The notes under the pieces are model-generated. The model worked only from the letters and a program-made list of their open reading frames with translations. It was not told the origin of the DNA and searched no databases. A stretch of DNA of 64,000 bases from a virus (Duplodnaviria > Caudoviricetes): IMG/VR virus record IMGVR_UViG_3300025934_000001, positions 45,417-109,416 of that record. One strand, written 5' to 3'. A program made the position numbers and the translations under genes. Every line of letters begins with the position of its first letter. Positions within the stretch are counted from its first letter, which is position 1. Of this stretch, positions 11,201-20,200 are shown one piece after another.

Positions 11201-14200
11201 TACACGTCCCTAGCGGAGGTCAATCGGATGCGGGACCAACCGCCCCCGGCGAGCCCTTCCCGCAAGCCCACAACTTCGTAATCACCGACGAGATCGAACT
11301 CGGCAAGGGGGGCCTGGTCCAGAAGTTCAAGGACAACGTAGCCGCCATCCGGCTGTTGAAGCAGATCGAGAGCGAGAACCGCCGCGCTACGCCGAACGAG
11401 CAGAAGATCCTGGCCAAGTACGTCGGCTGGGGTGGCCTCAAGCAGGTGTTTCCGCCGCCCGGCGGCAAGCTGGCCAAGGGCTGGGAGGCCCGGGTGGCCG
11501 AGGTGCGCGACCTGCTCACCCCGGACGAGCACGAGGCCGCGGCCCGCACCATCCTCGACGCGCACTACACCAGCCGCGAGATCGTCGAGGGCATCTGGGC
11601 CATCGCGCAGCGCCTCGGCTTCACCGGCGGTAAAGTGCTAGAACCGTCGATGGGCAGCGGCAACTTCTTCGGCCTGCTGCCGGCGGACCTGCGCAGCACC
11701 ACCTCGCTCACCGGGGTGGAGCAGGACCACATTACCGCGCGTATCGCCAAGCAGCTGTATCCGGAGGCGGCGGTGCTGGGGCCCGTGGGGTTCCAGGACA
11801 CCAACATGCGCAACGGCCACTTCAACCTGGCCGTGGGCAATCCGCCGTTCGGCCCGCAAACGCTGTTCGACGAGCACAGCCGCCACCTGCGCGGGTTCTC
11901 GCTGCACAACTACTTCTTCGCCAAGGCGATCGACAAGCTCGCCCCCAACGGCATCCTGATCCAGGTGGTGTCGCGCTACCTGATGGATGCGCAGACTTCC
12001 ACCGCGCGCGAGTACCTGGCGCACCGCACCGAACTGCTCGGGGCCATTCGCCTGCCGTGGACCGCGTTCTACGCCAACGCGAATACGGAAGTCGTTACCG
12101 ACATCGTCATCCTGCAGAAGCTGCCGAGCGACCAGTGGGGTGGCGCCGACCAGACCTGGACCCAGACCACCGAAGTGCCGGACCCGCTGGGGGGCAAGCC
12201 GATCCGGGTGAATGCCTACTTCGCCGCGCATCCGGAAATGATCCTCGGCACCATGGATCGCAGCGGCGAAATGCTGCATGAGAACGACGTCACGGTGCAG
12301 CCGCGCAAGAACGAGCCGCTGGCGGTGGGCCTGGCCAACGTCATCGCCACCCTGCCCGAGGACCGCTATACGCGCGGTAAATCAGAGGAAGAGGTGCAGC
12401 ACGAGGCCACCGCGGCGGTGAACGACGACGGCGTACCCACGGGCGACACCGGCTCCTACCACGAGGCTCACGGCTTCCTGCAGCAGGTGGTGCAGAACGC
12501 CGACGGCAGCCTGGGGCTGGTCAAGATCACCGCCGACACGCTGTGGAACGCCGACGCCAAGCCGGAGACCCGGCTCGATCCCAAGACCGGCCAGCGGGTC
12601 ACGGTGGAGCCGGCCAAATGGGGCGTGGAGCGGCTGGCGCGGGTGCGCGCCATGGTCGCCATCAAGGACACCGACCGCGAGTTGCTGCGGGCCGAGGCGA
12701 CCGACGCGCCGCTGGCGCGGCTGTCCTACCTGCGGCAGCAACTGAACGAGCAGTACGACGCCTTCGTCGCCCGCTACGGCTACCTCACCGACCAGGCCAA
12801 CGAGCGGGCCTTCCGCGCCGATCCCGACGCGCCGCTGCTGCTGGCGCTGGAGACCGACTACGACCGCGGAGTCTCGGCCGATCGCGCCAAGACCCTCGGG
12901 GTGCCCGCGCGCAAGCCATCGGCCAAGAAGATGCCGATCTTCACCCAGCGGGTGGTGCTGGCGCGGGTGGCCCCCACCACCGCCGCCAACGTGCGCGACG
13001 GCGCGGCGGTCTCGCTGAACGAGCGCGGGATGCTGGATCCGGCCTACATCGCCCAACTCACCAGCAAGACCCCCAACGCGGTGATCGCCGAGTTGACCGA
13101 CGGTGAAAAGCCGATCGCCTTTTTCGATCCGATCCAGCAGACCTACGAGCCGGCGGCGGAATACCTCTCGGGCAATGTGAAGCGCAAGTACGCCGAGGCG
13201 CTGCAGGCGGGGCTGACCAAGAACGCGGACGCGCTGCGGGCGGTGTTCCCGGCCGATCTCAAGGCCGGCGAGATCGCGGCGCGGCTGGGCTCGCCGTGGA
13301 TCGAGACCGCGGCCTACGAGGGCTTTGCGCAGCACCTGTTCGGACCCACCACCGAGGTGCGGGTGGGCTACCTGCCCGGTACCGGCGGCTTCGCGCTGGC
13401 GCTGGCCGGGGGCGACAAGGCGCTGCGCGAGACCCGCTGGGGCGTCAACCACGTGGCGCTGCTCGACGCCAACGGCCAGGAAAGCGGCGCCTTTGCCGAC
13501 GGCCGCGACGGCGACGACCTGCTCTCGCGCGTGCTCAACAACAAGGATCTCACCGTCTACCACACCGACCAGGACGGCAACCGCTACTCGCACCCGGAGG
13601 TGACGCAGGCCCTCGCTGACCGCGCCGACGAAATGCGGCAGGAATTCGAGCTGTGGATCTTCAAGGATCTGGAGCGGCGCGAGCGTCTGGTGCAGCACTA
13701 CAACGACAACTACAACACCAACGTCAAGCCGGTTTACGACGGGTCCTACCTCACCTTCCCGGGCAAGGTGCCGGACACGGTGATCCGCTTCCGCAAGCAC
13801 CAGAACGACGCGGTCGCCCGCATCATCCGCACCGGCAAGATCCTGCTCGATCACGTGGTGGGCGCGGGCAAGACCTACACCATCATCGCCGCCGCCATGG
13901 AACAGCGCCGCCTCGGCCTCAAGAACAAGCCGCTGGTGGTGGTGCCGAATCATCTGGTCAAGCAGTGGGCGTCGTCGTGGTATCGGCTGTATCCGGCAGC
14001 CAAGATCCTGGCCATGCGCAAGGAGGATTTCTCCAAGGTCAACCGGCAGCGGATGCTGGCGCGCATTGCCTCCGGCAACTGGGACGGCGTGATCTTCGGC
14101 CATTCGTCGTTCGGCTTCATGGCCAACGATCGCTCGCTGGTGCTGGCCGAAATGAGCAAGCAGGTGGAGCAGATCCAGGAGGCCATCCGCGCCGCCCGCG

Positions 14201-17200
14201 AAGTCGAGGGCGCGCGCTCGCAGACCGCCCGGCAATACCAGCGGCAGAAGGAGCGCCTCGAGCAGAAGATGCGCGAGCTGGCGTCGAAGCCGCAGGACAA
14301 GCTCTTGACCTTCCAGGAGCTGGGCGTCGACATGCTGTACCTGGACGAGTCGCAGGAATTCAAAAACCTCTTCTTCACCACCCAGCGCCGCAACGTCGGC
14401 GGCTTCGGCAACCCCACCGGCAGCAAGAAGGCCTTTGACCTGTTTATCAAGGGTCAATGGCTGCAGAACACCTACAACGGCGGCGGGCTGGCCTTCGCCA
14501 GCGGCACCCCGGTCAGCAACAGCCTGACCGAGCTCTACACCCTGCAGCGCTACCTCGGCCTCACCGAACTGGAGAACCGGGGGCTGCTCTCGCTCGACGC
14601 CTGGCTCAACACCTTCGGCGTGGTGGAGTCGGAGTACGAGTCCAACGTCACTGGCACCCGCTACAAGCGCAAGGATCGGCTGCGCCGGCTGACCAACGTG
14701 CCGGAAGCGCAGCAGATGTATCACGCCTTCGCCGACGCGGTGACGATGGACACCATCAAGGCCAACTTCCGCGCCGATCACAACGGGGCCGAGTTTCCGA
14801 TCCCCAAGGTCAAGGGCGGCAAGCCGCGGCAGAACGTGGTGGTGCCGGCCTCGTGGCTGCAGCGGTCCTACTCCGCCGGGCTGCAGCTGCGCATGGAGAG
14901 CCTGCGCCGCGGCGGTACCGACAACGCGCTGGCCATCCTCACCGACGGGCGCAAGGCGGCGCTCGACATCCGCCTGGTGGACCCGAGCGCGCCCGACAAC
15001 CCGACCGGCAAGAGCAACACCGCCGTGGGCGAGATCAAGCGCATCTACGAGGCCAATACCTACCGTAAAGGCACGCAGTTGGTGTTCCTCGATCTCTCCA
15101 TGCCCTTGAAGCAGGGCGTGAAGGCGGCCGAGGGCTACTTGAAGGAAGGGCGCGAGTTGCTGCCGCTGGGCGTTACCGTGCCCGCCGTGGGGACCATGAC
15201 CAGCCAGTGGCAGCAACTGCACGCGGCGCTGGTGGATCACCTGGAGAACCTGGACGAGGACCAGGCGCCGAACGCGATCGAGCAGCTGGAGGCCTTCCTC
15301 GCGCAGTCCACCGACATCGGCGCGGCGATGACCACGGTGGACAGCAAGTTCTCGGTCTACGACGACATGAAGGCGAAGATGATCGCCGCCGGCATTCCGG
15401 CCAACGAGATCGCCTTCATCCACGACGCCAACACCGAGCAGCAGAAGCAGGATCTATTTGATCGAGTAAATGCCGGCAGCGTGCGGGTGCTGATGGGCTC
15501 GACCATGAAGATGGGGGCCGGCACCAACGTGCAGCAGAAGGCGGTGGCGCTGCATCACATCGACGTGCCGTGGCGGCCGTCCGACATCGAGCAGCGCGAG
15601 GGCCGCGTCATCCGGCAAGGCAACGAGTTTCGCCAGGCCGATCCCAATTTCGAGGTGGAGATCCTCGCCTACGCCACCGAGGGCACCTCGGACGTCTTCT
15701 TCTGGCAGACGCAGGAGCAGAAGCTCAACGCCATCAACAGCCTTCGCAACGCTTCCGGCGAGCGCGAACTGGAGGAAGTGTCCAGCGACACCATGAGCGC
15801 GGCGGAAATGAAGGCGCTGGCCTCGGGCAATCCGCTGATCCTGGAGGACGTGAGCCTGACCGAGAAGGTGCGCAAGCTGTCCGCGCAGCAGCGCCGGTTT
15901 ACTTCCGAGCAACAGGACCTGGAATCGCAGGCAGCGCGCTACGAGCGCCAGATCGCCGGGCTGCCGGCGCTGATCGAGGAACAGAAGGACGTAGCCGCCA
16001 AGGCCGACGCCTACCACGCCGATCCGTTCGCCGGGGTAACGCGGAAGACGGTCGAGGTCGACGGCCAGCAGCTGAATGCGACCCAAGCCGGGGCGCACAT
16101 CCGCGAGGTGGCCGAAGCAGCGAAAGCGGTAGCCAAGGCCACCGACGAGCCGCGCGACGAGCGCCTGAAGACGCTGCGCGCGCAGGCGGTCGAGCTGTCT
16201 GCGCAGGGGAAAAAGAACACCCCGGAATACCAGGCGATCGAGACCGAGTTCAAGGCCCTGTTGGCGGCACCCGACACCAAGCCGGTGCTGAAGATCACGG
16301 TGGCCGGCAAGACCTACATCAACGAGAACGGCGCGGTAACCGCGGTGGAGCGCGAGGTGGGCGACATCCACGCCTTCCGCTTCGTCGGCGCCGACGGCCA
16401 CGAATACATCCGGCGGGAGGAACTGGAGGCGGCCCTCAAGCGGACCCTGGCGGCGCAAATGGGGCAGCCGGAGGCGGAGCAACTCGGCACCCTCGGCGGC
16501 CTTCCCGTGACGCTGCAGTGGACCCAGGGCCGCTACGGGGTTGGGTTCGAGGTCAGCCTCGGTACCGAGAGCCGCTTCCTGGAAGAGCGCGCCGCCACCC
16601 AGTTCATGCAGGCCGAGCGGGTCGATGGCGTGAAGGTCGTCAGCGCCATGATGCGGCTGCTGCGGGACGCGCCGGTGGTCCTGCACGAGACCCAGACGGC
16701 GCTCAAGGCGGCGCAAACCGGCCTCGCGCCGGTGCAGGCGCAGCTGGGCAAGACCTGGGGCAAGGAGGGCGAGCTGGCGGCGGCGCGGGCGCGCCTGACC
16801 GAGGTGCGGCTGCTGCTGTCCGGCGCTACGCCCACCGCGGCGGCGCCCTACGAGGGCCCCATGAGCTATCGCGGGGTGCAGATCGCCGGCCCCTATCAGG
16901 TGCCGCCCGGTGGAATGCGCTACTCCCTCGGCGGGGCCGCCGGCCAGTCGCTGAATACCAAGGCGGCGGTGGAGGCGGCGATCGCGGCGGTGGTGGCGAA
17001 GTGGCGCAACGCGCCGCGGCTGACTGTGGTGCAGTCGGTGGCGGAACTGCCGCCCTCCCCCGACGGCAAGCCGTACCCGCTGACCCTGCGCGGCGTCTAC
17101 TTCGGCGGCCACGTGTTCCTGGTGGCCGACAACATCCTGCCGGGGCGGGAGCAGTTCGTGGCCTCGCACGAGGCGCTGGGCCACTTTGGGCTGCAAGGCT

Positions 17201-20200
17201 TGCTGGGCGATCAACTGCAGCCGCTGATGGAGCAGATCTACCGCAGCAACCCGAAGGCCAAGGCGGCGGTCGATCGCATGATCGCCGAGGTCAAGGCCAA
17301 GTATCCGGGGCTGCATTACGACATCGCGCGGGCGACCGAGGAATACCTGGCGGATTTGGCCGAGGCCGGGCGGCTGACCGAGGTCAAGGGCTGGCGGCTG
17401 CTGGTGGCGGCGATCCGCAAGGCCTTGCGCGCGATCGGCTTCACCGTCGAGTTCTCCGACAACGACATCGTGGCGCTGCTGGCGAATGCCCGCCGCTACG
17501 TCGAGCAGGGGGCGCGGCAGCCGCAGGTGCAGGGCCAGTTGGAGCCGGCGCTGTCGACCACGGGCCAGGCGGCCCCGCTGTGGTATTCGGCGCTGGCCGA
17601 GGCGGTGGCAGGGGCGAAGCAGACGCTGGCGCCTTCCGCCATGTGGCAGGGGCTTCTCAAAAACCTGCCCGGGGTGAAGAAGGAAGAGGTGGAGTGGTCG
17701 GGCCTGCGCGAGTGGCTGCAGCTGCAGCAGGGCAAGGTGAGCAAGGACGAGATCATGGCCTTCCTCAAGGCCAACGGGGTGCAGGTGGAAGAGCGGGTGT
17801 ATGGAGCGCCAGAGGCGGGCGGGCCGGCGCTGCAGGAGGAACGCGAAACGCTGGAAGAGGAACTGGGGCGGCACGGCTTCCAGGTGGGCTATACGCAGAG
17901 CGGGCGCCTCGACACCCTCACCCGCGACGACCAGACCTGGGCGCAGAACCACGACAACGACAACTGGGTGGCGCTGGATCCGGCGACCGGCGATGTGATG
18001 GAGAACGGGCCGTCGCTGCCGGCCGACGCCGAAATGGCGGCCATGGCCCTGCAGCGCGTCACCGATCCCGGCTATGAGCCGGGGCAGCTGCGCGCCGCCC
18101 AGTTCAGTGGCTGGAAGCCGGTGAAGCAGGGCGGCCAGAACTACCGCGAACTGGTGCTGACCCTGCCGTTGCACCAGCCGTCACTGGCGCTGGACGTGTT
18201 CAAGGCCAAGCTGGCGGCGAAGTACGGCATCGAGGGGGACGAGGACAGCCCCGCCAGCGGCCTCATGTCACAGGCCGATCGCTTCGAGCTGCAGCGGCTG
18301 CAGGCCGAGGCCAGGAAGCAGGAGGCCCGCAACTACAAGGGCGGCCACTTCAAGGCCTCGCCCAACTCACTCCTGCATATCCGCTTCGACGAGCGCACCG
18401 ACGCCGAGGGCAAGCGGGTGCTGTTCATCCAGGAGCTGCAGTCGGACTGGGGGCAGAAGGGCGGCCAGTTCGGGTTTGCCGACGATCGCGCCGAACAAGC
18501 CATGGCGGCGTATGAGGCCCGCCGCAATGCGCTGCAGGCGCGCTACGACGACCTGGTGGCGCAGTGGAACGCGGTCCCCTTCGGCGGGGTGGGCATCACC
18601 ACGGAGGTGCGGCAGCAGCGCAACGAGCAGCGCGCGGCACTGATGGATCAGCGTTCCGCCGCGCACCGGGACCTGATGGCGCTGTACCAGGAGCGCCCCC
18701 CGACCCGCAGCCACTACAGCACCATCCCGGCCGCCCCCTTCGTGGCCAAGCGCGAGTACGCGGTGTTCACCAAGAACGCGGAGGGGGTGGAAGAGGAAGT
18801 CACCCGCACCCTCAAGACCGAGGGCAAGGAGGACCAGCAGGTTGCGCAGCGCTACGGCACGCTGGAAGAGGCGCAGGCCGCCGCCAAGAAAGTGGAGGGC
18901 GGCGAGGCGCGCGACGTCGGCTACGGCGAGAACACGCCGGCGTGGGTGGGGCTGGGGCTGAAGCGGATCATCCGCTGGGCCGCCGATCACGGTTTCGACC
19001 GCATCGCCTGGGCCACCGGCGACCAGCAGGTGGCGGCCTACCCGGGGCTGGAGAAGCACATCGACAAGTTGGACGTCACCGCCGAGCCGCGCACCTATGG
19101 CGGCAAGATCTGGCGCGTCAAGGGGCTGAATCCGGCCGGCGAGGACGTGGTCCACATCACCGCCTACGACGAGAAGCAACTGCAGAAGGCGATCGGCAAG
19201 GAACTGGCCGCGCGCGTTCTCCGCGACACCGCCCACGCTGCCACTGCCAACTACCGCAACCTCGACACCAAGATCGGCGGCGAGGGGATGCGCACCTACT
19301 ACGACCGGGTGCTCCCCAACATCGCCAACGATGTGTTGAAGAAGCTGGGCGGCGAGCGGGTGCGGGCGCTCACCGGGGTGATCGACCCCAAGACCGCCAC
19401 CTATGACGGGCCGGTGGGCCAGGACTTGCTGAACCAGTTGCGCGACATCGTCCGCGGCGGGCACCCGAGCCAGGTGGGGCAGACCGAGGCACAGATCGCG
19501 CCGGTGCGGGCGGCGGCGCGGGCGGTGCAGACCGCCTACTACGGCACCGCCAGCACCCGCGAGGCGATGGAGGCCCACGCCACCCCGGAACTGCTGGCGG
19601 CGGTGGGCGGCACCCTCACCAAGGCGGATCCCAGCGGACTCCAGCCCGGCTTCGACGTCACCCCGGCGCTGCGGGCGAAGGCGCTACAGGGAATGCCGAT
19701 GTTCTCCCTGGCGCAGCAGGCCACGGCGGCCTTCCGCCGCTGGTTCGGCAACAGCCAGGTGGTGACCGACCGCGGCGCTCCCATGCGGGTGTTCCACGCC
19801 ACCAGCGCCACCCGCGACTACGTCATCTTCCGCCGCTTCGCCCACTTCGGCACGGTGGAGCAGGCCAACTTCCGCAGCGCCTACGAGCCGCTGGTGCTGC
19901 CCTACCAGAACCGGCAGGCGCAAGGGCCCAAGCGCACCATCCCGGTGTACCTGTCGATCCAGAACGCGCTCAAGATCGACGACACCGGCGAGCAGCACGA
20001 CGTGCAGTTGCTGACCGACCTGGCCCGCGACGCGGGCGGCATCAGCGACGAGCAGTGGCTGTGGATCCGCGGCCGCTCGCTCGACCGCCAGCTCGAGCGG
20101 CTGTCGGAGCGCGATCGCGGCGACCGCCTGATCGCGGCGCTGAAGAAAAACGGCTTCGACGGCTTCTACTACGAGAACGACGTCGAGGGCAGCGGCCTCT

